Origin: a virus
Length of the DNA: 59,347 nt
Direction: 5' to 3' (one strand)
IMG/VR virus record: IMGVR_UViG_3300050154_000158
Shown here: piece by piece, positions 52,575 to 59,347 of the stretch
Layout of the letters: each line of letters begins with the position of its first letter
Numbering within the stretch: position 1 is the stretch's first letter
Position numbers and translations under genes: made by a program
The notes under the pieces: model-generated
The model's database searches: none
What the model saw: only the letters and a program-made list of their open reading frames with translations
Told to the model about the DNA's origin: nothing

Positions 52575-53234
52575 ATGGCTACTGGCGACCAAAGCGACAT
52601 GCTTGCGCGAATGCAGGCGCTATTGCCTCGCGGATGGTTTGGCGATTCAAATCCGATCTTGAATGCACTACTAACAGCTTGTGCGAATGCATTGGCGTGG
52701 GGTTATACGCTGTATCTCTATGCTCAACTGCAAACCCGAATCTTATGGGCTACCGATGGTTGGCTGGACATTATTGCGTATGACTTTTTTGGCGATTTGT
52801 TAAAGCGATCAACAGGTCAATCTGATTCCAGTTTTCGCAACCGCATCATCATTAACATGTTTCGTGAACGAGGAACGCGCAAAGCAATATCCAAGGTGCT
52901 TTACGACTTAACCGGTAGATATCCGGCTATTGTTGAGCCAAGTAGACCAGCTGATTGCGGAGGATATGGCGCCATGGGTGGTTACGGGGTGGCGGGAGCT
53001 TACGGTTCCATGTTGATGCCATATCAAGCCTTTGTTACTGCCTATCGGCCTACTAGCCAAGGTTATCCCTATTTATCAGGTTACTCAAAACCAGCAGGTG
53101 GCTATGGCGCAGCGTCCTATCTGGCGTATGCGTCAGCATCCCAAGCCATCGACGTTACTGATGATGACATTATTGCAGCGCTTAACTCAGTAAAACTGGA
53201 AGGCACCGCGATCTGGATGCGCATTTCCTCATAA
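52575..53234 (+). CDS. baseplate/tail protein (P2 gpI / Mu gp48 position)
   Basis: 219 aa. Synteny only. Confidence 0.5.
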   Translation: MATGDQSDMLARMQALLPRGWFGDSNPILNALLTACANALAWGYTLYLYAQLQTRILWATDGWLDIIAYDFFGDLLKRSTGQSDSSFRNRIIINMFRERGTRKAISKVLYDLTGRYPAIVEPSRPADCGGYGAMGGYGVAGAYGSMLMPYQAFVTAYRPTSQGYPYLSGYSKPAGGYGAASYLAYASASQAIDVTDDDIIAALNSVKLEGTAIWMRISS

Positions 53235-53263
53235 CAAAACCAATCCCATAAGTAACCAACCAT

Positions 53264-53287
53264 ACCCGCCATCGAGCGGGTTTTTTC
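53264..53287 (+). terminator. Rho-independent terminator upstream of the fibre gene
   Basis: ACCCGC-catcga-GCGGGT followed by TTTTTT. Confidence 0.7.
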
Positions 53288-53303
53288 ATTTCTGGAGATA
53301 CCA

Positions 53304-55049
53304 ATGGATCGCCAAATCGTTTATCCGGGCCAAATTCCGCTCGAAACGGATCTACTCAAAACCAACCAAAACACCATGATCGCAATCGCCAAGCTTGCAT
53401 CAGCCATGTTTGGTTCCAGCACCATCGTGAATGGTTTAACCGTTACCGCACAATCTCCAGCAGCAATGGCAGTAAACGTATCCGCAGGCGAGATTTATGA
53501 GTTAGCTAACTTAGAAGCTACCACGTACAGCTCTTTGGCGGCCGATACCACTCACAGCATCATGAAACAGGGTATTTCTTTAAACACTCAAGCTCTGGCA
53601 ATTACCGCTCCTGGTACAGCTGGCTATTCGATTAACTATCTGATCCAAGCCACCTATCAGGATTCAGATAGTAATGCGGCAACACTGCCATACTACAACA
53701 GCTCAAACCCCTCTCAGGCATGGAGTGGGCCAAATAACTCAGGAACACAGCAATACACGACAAGAAGTGGTGCGGTAGTTGTTTTAGCCAAAGCTGGTGT
53801 GGCGGCAACGACCGGATCGCAGGCTACACCATCACCGGATAGCGGTTATGTTGGGTTGTATGTTGTAACCGTAGCTTATGGCGCATCAACCATTACCAGC
53901 GCCAATATTTCACAATATTCTGGTGCTCCTTTGTTGCCATCGGGCTTACTGCAGAGCATCCAGAACGGGAATACATCATTTGCGACGGATACAGGTGCTG
54001 CGAATGCTTATGTCATTAGCTTAACACCAGCGCTGACAGCAAGAAGCGAAGGGCAAGTTATTCGGTTAAAAGTGGCAAATACAAATACCGGCGCATCAAC
54101 TATTAATGATGGTCTCGGTGTTGTCCCGCTTACGGGTGGTGCCCATTCCGCTCTGCAAGGTGGTGAGATGGTTGTCGGTGGTGATGCATTGGTACAGTGG
54201 AATAGTACAGTTGGCACGGGATCTTATGTGCTGTTGTCTTGTACTGGAGCGCCAGAGCAATTAGCGAACGGAGCTAAATCACAACATGCAGCTGCGTTAA
54301 ATCAGATAACATCTGTTGTTGGTTCTGCTCGTAACGTTGCAATGTCAGTTACATCGGCATCTTCTACAGCAACACTTTCCGCTGATGAAATTATTGTAGA
54401 GACAGCGTTAGGTGGGTTGAAATATCAATTAAGCAATTTTAGCAAAAGTGTAAATTTAGCTACCACTGGCGCTGGCGGCATGGATACAGGAACGGCTCCT
54501 GTGTCTGGCTATGTCGCCTTATATGCAATTTTCAATCCAACAACTAGTACTTCGGCATTATTGGCTACCAATGCCACATCAGCTAAAGCCACTGAGGTGT
54601 ACAGTGGCGCCAATATGCCATCTGGATACACAGCATCAGCATTGGTATTTGTTTGGCCTACAAATGCCAGTGGTCAACTTACAATCGGAGAGATGGTTGG
54701 ACGTAGAATTAGAGGTGTTCCTGTAAGTTTTTTATCTACATCTGGCAGTGGAACCTCAAACTCTTACGCTTCGTTATCTGTGGCTGGATGTGTGCCAAAA
54801 AATGCAAAGAAAATATTTGGGACTATCACTATAACTAACGGAACCGTATCTAGTTTTGGATCTGTAGGTGTTGCGCCAACAGCGTCGGTTGGTGCTCAGA
54901 CGGTTGGTGGATATGTAACAACGAACATCGGTCCATTTGCCACATTTGAAATTGATTTGGCAACGGCTCAAACACTTTATTATGTATGGTATGCGGCAGG
55001 CGGTGGCACTATCACATTTAGTGCAAATTGTTCTGGATATGAAATTTAA
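53304..55049 (+). CDS. tail fibre protein
   Basis: 581 aa, rich in Gly/Ser/Thr/Ala, after the baseplate genes. Confidence 0.6.
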   Translation: MDRQIVYPGQIPLETDLLKTNQNTMIAIAKLASAMFGSSTIVNGLTVTAQSPAAMAVNVSAGEIYELANLEATTYSSLAADTTHSIMKQGISLNTQALAITAPGTAGYSINYLIQATYQDSDSNAATLPYYNSSNPSQAWSGPNNSGTQQYTTRSGAVVVLAKAGVAATTGSQATPSPDSGYVGLYVVTVAYGASTITSANISQYSGAPLLPSGLLQSIQNGNTSFATDTGAANAYVISLTPALTARSEGQVIRLKVANTNTGASTINDGLGVVPLTGGAHSALQGGEMVVGGDALVQWNSTVGTGSYVLLSCTGAPEQLANGAKSQHAAALNQITSVVGSARNVAMSVTSASSTATLSADEIIVETALGGLKYQLSNFSKSVNLATTGAGGMDTGTAPVSGYVALYAIFNPTTSTSALLATNATSAKATEVYSGANMPSGYTASALVFVWPTNASGQLTIGEMVGRRIRGVPVSFLSTSGSGTSNSYASLSVAGCVPKNAKKIFGTITITNGTVSSFGSVGVAPTASVGAQTVGGYVTTNIGPFATFEIDLATAQTLYYVWYAAGGGTITFSANCSGYEI

Positions 55050-55059
55050 GGTGGCAACA

Positions 55060-55248
55060 ATGCTAGTTAATGTGCAATTTACTGACAGTAAAGAAACCAA
55101 GATCAAAGCCGTTTTCGGCTGTCCACAATCGAGTGGTACATATGAAAACCTTGGAACAGTAGAGACCAGTGATCCCAGGTGGGGTGATTACTTCTCAGGC
55201 GAACCCTTGCAATCTCAGTTATGGCTCCCTGAGCCAGTTAGCTCGTAA
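55060..55248 (+). CDS. hypothetical 62-aa protein (fibre-assembly position)
   Basis: GGTGG RBS, immediately after the fibre gene. Confidence 0.45.
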   Translation: MLVNVQFTDSKETKIKAVFGCPQSSGTYENLGTVETSDPRWGDYFSGEPLQSQLWLPEPVSS

Positions 55249-55258
55249 ATATTTAAAT

Positions 55259-55278
55259 GCCGCGTAAGCGGTTTTTTT
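55259..55278 (+). terminator. short hairpin (GTAA loop) plus T7
   Basis: (G)CCGC-gtaa-GCGG(T) followed by TTTTTT. Confidence 0.5.
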
Positions 55279-55300
55279 GTGCCTGAAATCCGGAGAGAGC

Positions 55301-55471
55301 ATGGGCGATCTGAGCGAAGAAGAAAAACGGAAACTGGAAGAAATGATTAGTACGTGGGATGACATTCATCGCGCTGCTAGATTTCTTAGTTGGATTGGGA
55401 AAAAGCTAGGTTGGATAGTGTCAATTGCCGGAGGGTTTGCGCTCTGCTGGTCGGCTTGGCATGGAAAATAA
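55301..55471 (+). CDS. small C-terminally membrane-anchored protein (56 aa), lysis-cassette position
   Basis: GGAGAG RBS. TM segment LGWIVSIAGGFALCWSAW. Confidence 0.5.
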   Translation: MGDLSEEEKRKLEEMISTWDDIHRAARFLSWIGKKLGWIVSIAGGFALCWSAWHGK

Positions 55472-55496
55472 CAGTTTTAATTTAACAAGACGATAG

Positions 55497-55517
55497 ACCC
55501 GCCATTGCGCGGGTTTT
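55497..55517 (+). terminator. hairpin plus short U tract
   Basis: ACCCGC-cattgc-GCGGGT followed by TTTgtc. Confidence 0.5.
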
Positions 55518-55538
55518 GTCATTTCTGGAGGGCTGAAA

Positions 55539-56036
55539 ATGCCAGTAGAGCAAGATCACGAACTGAAAGAAACATTAACGATTGATGTGATAACACCAGG
55601 CCATGCGCCACGCACAGAAACCAGTCTATTTAAAACCACCAAGCAAATGCTATTCAAGGCAACAGCTCCGGCATTACAGATCCCGCGTGATGAAATTGGC
55701 CGATGCTGGATTTGTGGGCAGACCGAAGCTGAATTGGGACACCCATTGGAGGCGCATCATTTCAGTATCGAGCGAAGCTTTGCCGAAGGGAAAATTGACT
55801 GGGAGAAAGTTAAGCACGATCACCCGCATTTCGATTGGTCAAAATTCAACGAATCAGACCCATACACCTTTGTTGATGACATGGAAGCGCAGGGTGTTTT
55901 GCTGTGCAAGCCTCATCACACAGGGAAGGGCACTGGCGCACATGATTTGCCATATGGTCTTTGGGTTATGCAGCGTTACTTAAAAGATGGTGCTCAATTC
56001 TCTCCAAACGAAGTCATTCATCACGATCAGGTTTAG
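55539..56036 (+). CDS. HNH-like protein (165 aa) embedded in the lysis cassette
   Basis: CWICGQ...LEAHHF...LCKPHHTGKGTGAH is a Cys/His pattern consistent with an HNH/beta-beta-alpha-metal fold. Confidence 0.45.
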   Translation: MPVEQDHELKETLTIDVITPGHAPRTETSLFKTTKQMLFKATAPALQIPRDEIGRCWICGQTEAELGHPLEAHHFSIERSFAEGKIDWEKVKHDHPHFDWSKFNESDPYTFVDDMEAQGVLLCKPHHTGKGTGAHDLPYGLWVMQRYLKDGAQFSPNEVIHHDQV

Positions 56037-56044
56037 GGGTGGCT

Positions 56045-56296
56045 ATGTCTATTTTGAAGGTACTAAAAGACTGCTCTACCGATGAATACGGGGCTGCGTA
56101 TGACTTGGTTGCGCTCTGTGCGCTGATTGGGTTCATGGCGTGGGTGATTTACGAGGGGATTTCCTTTTTCACCGGCAAAGCATTCAACGGCACTGAATAC
56201 GGGCTGGCGTTCGGCGGCGTGATGACGGTCGTTACGACTGCGCTTCGGTTTAAACCCAAAGCCATTCCGCCAACTGATTCCGGAGTCCAATCATGA
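56045..56296 (+). CDS. holin candidate (83 aa, two TM segments)
   Basis: TM segments LVALCALIGFMAWVIYEGISFF and GLAFGGVMTVVTTAL. Overlaps the endolysin start by 4 nt. Confidence 0.6.
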   Translation: MSILKVLKDCSTDEYGAAYDLVALCALIGFMAWVIYEGISFFTGKAFNGTEYGLAFGGVMTVVTTALRFKPKAIPPTDSGVQS

Positions 56297-56829
56297 TCAC
56301 GCTCAAGCAGCTTCAAACGCTATTTCCCCATTCAATTTCAAAGTGTTCCGTTTTTCTTGATCCGATTAATCAAACATTACAGAAATTTCTAATCAACACT
56401 CCAGCAAGACAGGCGGCATTCCTGGCACAGATCGGTCATGAGTCTGGCGGGTTGATTTACACCAAAGAAATCTGGGGCCCGACATCCGCGCAAATGAGTT
56501 ACGAAGGACGAAAGGACTTGGGTAATTCTCAGCCCGGTGATGGCAAGAAATACATGGGGCGGGGATTAATCCAGATAACCGGACGCACCAATTACGACAA
56601 GGTTGGTAAGGCGCTAGGTGTCGATTTAATCGCCAATCCGGCATTACTGGAGCAGCCATTAGCAGCTGCGTTGTCTGCTGGCTGGTTCTGGCAAGAACAC
56701 GGATTAAATGAATTGGCCGACAAAGGTGATTTCATTGGTATCACGAAGCGGATCAATGGCGGAACTAATGGACTTGCCGATCGGCAGGCTTTATATGCCA
56801 AAGCCAAGCAGATCTTGGGTGTGAAATAA
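56293..56829 (+). CDS. endolysin, glycoside hydrolase family 19 (chitinase-like lysozyme)
   Basis: AAFLAQIGHESGGL...YEGRKDLGNSQPGDGKKYMGRGLIQITGRTNY is a classic GH19 signature. Confidence 0.85.
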   Translation: MITLKQLQTLFPHSISKCSVFLDPINQTLQKFLINTPARQAAFLAQIGHESGGLIYTKEIWGPTSAQMSYEGRKDLGNSQPGDGKKYMGRGLIQITGRTNYDKVGKALGVDLIANPALLEQPLAAALSAGWFWQEHGLNELADKGDFIGITKRINGGTNGLADRQALYAKAKQILGVK

Positions 56830-56837
56830 CTAATCAG

Positions 56838-56858
56838 ACCCGCCACGGCGGGTTTTTT
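56838..56858 (+). terminator. Rho-independent terminator ending the late operon
   Basis: ACCCGC-cacg-GCGGGT followed by TTTTT. Confidence 0.7.
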
Positions 56859-56870
56859 GTTGGGTGAACT

Positions 56871-57299
56871 CTACAGGTCCGCTTCTTCTGGTGGAAAATG
56901 CTTTATATGTTCAAGTAGTGGGTCAGCATCGAACTCTTCATCTTCAATGCCGCCATTTTTGTTTTCTCGAATTTCACTTGCTGCAGACTCTGTTTTTTCT
57001 CTAATAACTCGAAATGTGTTTTGATACTGAATAATTGCCTTATGTTGGGCTTCCAAAATCTCCATCAAATCATCTTTTGAGAGGACGGATAATTTTGACG
57101 CCTCAATATCTTGAATTTCCGAGGTGTTTGCGACATCGCGCAGTTTTATTTCCTTTTGTGAGACCCAGTGCTCAATAGCTACCACCATTTCGGCGTTAGC
57201 TGATCGGCCATTTTTTTCAGCCAGCTTAGCAATCTGCTCTTTTAGTTCCTCAGGTAGGCGTAAGTTCACCTGTGGATGCCTATATTTTCGCTCAGCCAT
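56871..57299 (-). CDS. Arc/MetJ-type ribbon-helix-helix regulator (Mnt position), 142 aa
   Basis: The N-terminus MAERKYRHPQVNLRLPEELKEQIAKLAEKNGRSANAEMVVAIEHWV is an Arc-family RHH. It is divergent from the arc-like/ant-like genes. Confidence 0.65.
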   Translation of the reverse strand: MAERKYRHPQVNLRLPEELKEQIAKLAEKNGRSANAEMVVAIEHWVSQKEIKLRDVANTSEIQDIEASKLSVLSKDDLMEILEAQHKAIIQYQNTFRVIREKTESAASEIRENKNGGIEDEEFDADPLLEHIKHFPPEEADL

Positions 57300-57365
57300 G
57301 ATCACCCCAAGAAATGCTTGCATGTACCTATGTAAACAGTAGAACAAATATTAACTGCGTACCTA

Positions 57366-57394
57366 TTGACGGGCAATGCGTACCCAACTACTAT
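57366..57394 (+). promoter_or_regulatory. promoter for the arc-like/antirepressor operon (Pant analog) with repeated GTACC(T/C)A motifs
   Basis: TTGACG-N17-TACTAT. Motif copies (G/A)TACC(T/C)A lie near 57318, 57357, 57380 and 57401. Confidence 0.6.
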
Positions 57395-57429
57395 GTATGC
57401 ATACCTACTACATATAAGGATTGGTATAT

Positions 57430-57582
57430 ATGAAGACGGTTAGATCTGTCCGGTTCCCTGAGTGGATGGATGATGTATTAACGAGGAAGGCAAAAATAAA
57501 TGAACGGTCTTTCTCTATGATCGTAATCAGAATGATAAAGAAGCAATTGCAGGAGGAGGGGATTGAACAGCCACAGAAATGA
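57430..57582 (+). CDS. Arc-like small RHH repressor (50 aa)
   Basis: MKTVRSVRFPEWMDDVLTRKAKINERSFSMIVIRMIKKQL shows a beta-strand plus two helices, as in RHH proteins. Below the ORF-track cutoff. Confidence 0.55.
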   Translation: MKTVRSVRFPEWMDDVLTRKAKINERSFSMIVIRMIKKQLQEEGIEQPQK

Positions 57583-57655
57583 AAACGCCTCAGCTGCGTC
57601 AACAGCTAAGGCGTCAATTGTAAATACCCATCACTACCAAATGAAGGAAATTACA
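57577..57655 (-). ncRNA. predicted sar-like antisense RNA covering the antirepressor RBS
   Basis: Minus-strand promoter TTGAAT-N16-TATACT (57661-57688). Minus-strand terminator CGCCTtAGCTG-ttgacg-CAGCTgAGGCG followed by TTTTCATTT (57577-57613). Confidence 0.4.
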
Positions 57656-57657
57656 CT

Positions 57658-58461
57658 ATGAGTATATATCAAAGTGCTACCAATTCAACATCACTGCCTG
57701 TAATAGCAGGTGTTGAGATCACAACTGATGCGGAAGGTCGCTTTAATCTGAATGCGCTGCATAAAGCGAGTGGCGAAGGTGATCATAAAAAGCCTAGCGC
57801 TTGGCTAAGAGGAAAGCAGGCTCAAGAGCTAATTTCAGAACTTGAGATTCAATTAGACCAGAGTGCAAATTTACACTCTGGTCATAAATCACTCAATGTT
57901 GTGAATGGCGGAATTAATCCTGGCACATTCGCCCATGAACTAATCGCGCTGTCATATGCTGGCTGGATCAAGCCTGCATTCCAGTTGCAAGTTAACCAAG
58001 TCTTCCTCGACTACCGCACCGGAAAGTTGCAACCAATTCAACAACGCGATCCAATGGAAGTGTTAAATGATCCTGATGCTTTACGTGGCCTTCTTCTAAA
58101 TTACTCACAAGAGGTTAAATCGCTAAGAAGTGAAGTGGCAGAGGCCAAGCCAATGGTTGAGGCATTTGATAAGATCGCCGTTGCTGATGGTTCATTCAAT
58201 ATGACCGAATCAGCTAAGGTGCTCCAGGTTAAACCAAGCGTACTGCGCAAACATCTTCATGCTAACCGCTGGATCTACCGTCGTAACGGTTCAAAGAACT
58301 GGCTGGGCTATCAAGATCGCATTCAGTCTGGTGTGATTGAGCACAAGATCAATGTGTATGAAAAAGAAGATGGCTCACAGGGTGTATCTGAACAGGTGCG
58401 CATCACGCCGAAAGGCATCACTCGGTTAGCGATGGAACTGACACAAGGCGGTGCACTATGA
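57658..58461 (+). CDS. antirepressor (KilA-N N-terminal domain plus KilAC-type C-terminal domain)
   Basis: TTDAEGRFNLNALHKASGEGDHKKPSAWLR (KilA-N). C-terminal NMTESAKVLQVKPSVLRKHLHANRWIYRRNGSKNWLGYQ (KilAC-like). Confidence 0.7.
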   Translation: MSIYQSATNSTSLPVIAGVEITTDAEGRFNLNALHKASGEGDHKKPSAWLRGKQAQELISELEIQLDQSANLHSGHKSLNVVNGGINPGTFAHELIALSYAGWIKPAFQLQVNQVFLDYRTGKLQPIQQRDPMEVLNDPDALRGLLLNYSQEVKSLRSEVAEAKPMVEAFDKIAVADGSFNMTESAKVLQVKPSVLRKHLHANRWIYRRNGSKNWLGYQDRIQSGVIEHKINVYEKEDGSQGVSEQVRITPKGITRLAMELTQGGAL

Positions 58462-58670
58462 GCGCAGCCCTGCAACTCGTACCGACTCGACTGACAAACA
58501 GTGAAATAGCCGCGATGGTATCGGCAATTGATTCCATAAAAATGCTGACTGACTTCATGATCTTGTCAAAGCCGAGCAACCCAAGCCAGCAATTGGTTGA
58601 TGCGGCCATCTCTCGCATAAACCAAACCTGCGAAGCGCTTGAACCAATCATGCAGAAGTTTGAAGAGTAG
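58458..58670 (+). CDS. hypothetical protein (70 aa), paralog of 28..219
   Basis: ATGA-coupled to the antirepressor gene. See the paralog alignment under 28..219. Confidence 0.55.
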   Translation: MSAALQLVPTRLTNSEIAAMVSAIDSIKMLTDFMILSKPSNPSQQLVDAAISRINQTCEALEPIMQKFEE

Positions 58671-58700
58671 AAAAACGAAACCCCGTCGAATTGGCGGGGT
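58671..58700 (-). terminator. Rho-independent terminator (minus strand)
   Basis: Minus strand: ACCCCG-9 nt-CGGGGT followed by TTTCGTTTTT. Confidence 0.6.
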
Positions 58701-59092
58701 TAACTTGCTTTCTTAAGCAAATCTTTCAGATCGAGATAAAACTTAGTTACCAACTCAACAACTGCAATATCCTCTTCCATCCAGAGCCGGACGAATAAAA
58801 ACCGGTAACTGTCTATCTCAAGCCACATTGGATCAGCTAAAAGTTCCTGTGGTGCGATCCCCATTACTCTGCATATCAAGCACATTGCTGGCAACGACAT
58901 AAACTCAGGCCTATCAGTGTTAAGCCATCTGTTTATCGACTTGACTGATATTCCTGTAGCCAACGCCAGTGCTTCTTGCGTCCATCCAAGTTCTTTTAAA
59001 ATTCTTGCAAACTTCAACTTCGTGTTGATAACAAAGTCGCGTTCTACCTGCGTTAAATATTCTTTCATTGGGTCATGTCTCTCGATAGGCAT
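58700..59092 (-). CDS. XRE-type HTH protein (130 aa)
   Basis: HTH segment GWTQEALALATGISVKSINRWL. Convergent with the ant operon and divergent from the ORF at 28..219 across the circular junction. Confidence 0.6.
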   Translation of the reverse strand: MPIERHDPMKEYLTQVERDFVINTKLKFARILKELGWTQEALALATGISVKSINRWLNTDRPEFMSLPAMCLICRVMGIAPQELLADPMWLEIDSYRFLFVRLWMEEDIAVVELVTKFYLDLKDLLKKAS

Positions 59093-59220
59093 GGCCCGTG
59101 CTATTTATTTTGATGTAAACCGGATGTAATTTTTTGTTTAAACGGACATTTTTGAGGCTAAAAGTATGTTTCGAGTCTATTTGTGAGCCTTCATTGAGCC
59201 TACTTTTATGTGGGTCAATA

Positions 59221-59347
59221 AAAACTGGTTTATAAAGGGGTTGCTACATGCACAACAAATTAAACGACACCGATGTATCTGCTTTAGTTTCAGCTATCGA
59301 CACGATCTGGTTGTTAACGAATTTCATTATCTTATCAATGCCACGGG
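59221..59347. repeat. second copy of the 127-bp end duplication
   Basis: Identical to 1..127. Confidence 0.95.

Noticed and set aside
1-59347. CRISPR arrays, IS elements or transposases, reverse transcriptases (retron/DGR), rRNA, and nucleotide-cyclase, TIR or SIR2 defence genes
   Set aside because: Reading the sequence by eye showed no regularly spaced direct repeats. The translated ORFs showed no transposase or RT motifs and no Walker-type NTPases outside DnaB, the SF2 helicase and TerL. None can be supported.

Overview
The window is a complete temperate tailed-phage genome that closes on itself. Bases 1-127 are identical to 59221-59347, so the unit length is 59,220 bp.

Layout:
- attP carries the 3' part of a tRNA-Leu(UAA), next to a tyrosine integrase (560-1990).
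- A minus-strand early-left operon runs from 12929 down to 2070. It holds RecT, a YqaJ-type exonuclease, a Dam-like methyltransferase, and KilA-N and antirepressor-type genes.
- The immunity region has a cI-like HTH/S24 repressor and a cro-like gene, with matching TTAATTAA-core operators at both early promoters.
- The rightward early operon holds an O-like initiator with in-gene iterons, DnaB, NinB, a Ref-like HNH protein, RusA and a Q-like antiterminator.
- A Q-type late promoter with a short terminated leader sits at 28836-28935.
- The late region encodes TerS/TerL, portal, capsid, and a contractile tail (sheath, tube, frameshifted chaperone, tape measure, Mu/P2-like baseplate, fibre).
- A lysis cassette with a GH19 endolysin and a P22 immI-like mnt/arc/ant module complete the genome.

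I saw no rRNA, complete tRNA, CRISPR array, transposase or reverse transcriptase.

All protein family calls come from reading the translations by eye and from synteny. No searches were run.

Best candidates for undescribed systems:
1. The accessory block beside cI (13146-15980). It contains a YafO-like toxin translationally coupled to an atypical 192-aa partner, plus four uncharacterised genes (one secreted, one membrane) lying downstream of cI.
2. A terminator-insulated, AT-rich cassette inside the tail module (46349-47930) with a HEPN-like protein and an unrelated 274-aa partner.
3. A tightly coupled five-gene helicase/methyltransferase operon (22486-25910). It is bracketed by two copies of a 92-bp promoter-operator-leader unit.

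Smaller items:
- a DUF2829 (Tad2-family)-like gene in the head-tail module;
- a sar-like antisense RNA prediction in the immI-like module;
- a -1 frameshift site in the tail chaperone gene;
- several ORF-poor, hairpin-rich regions.
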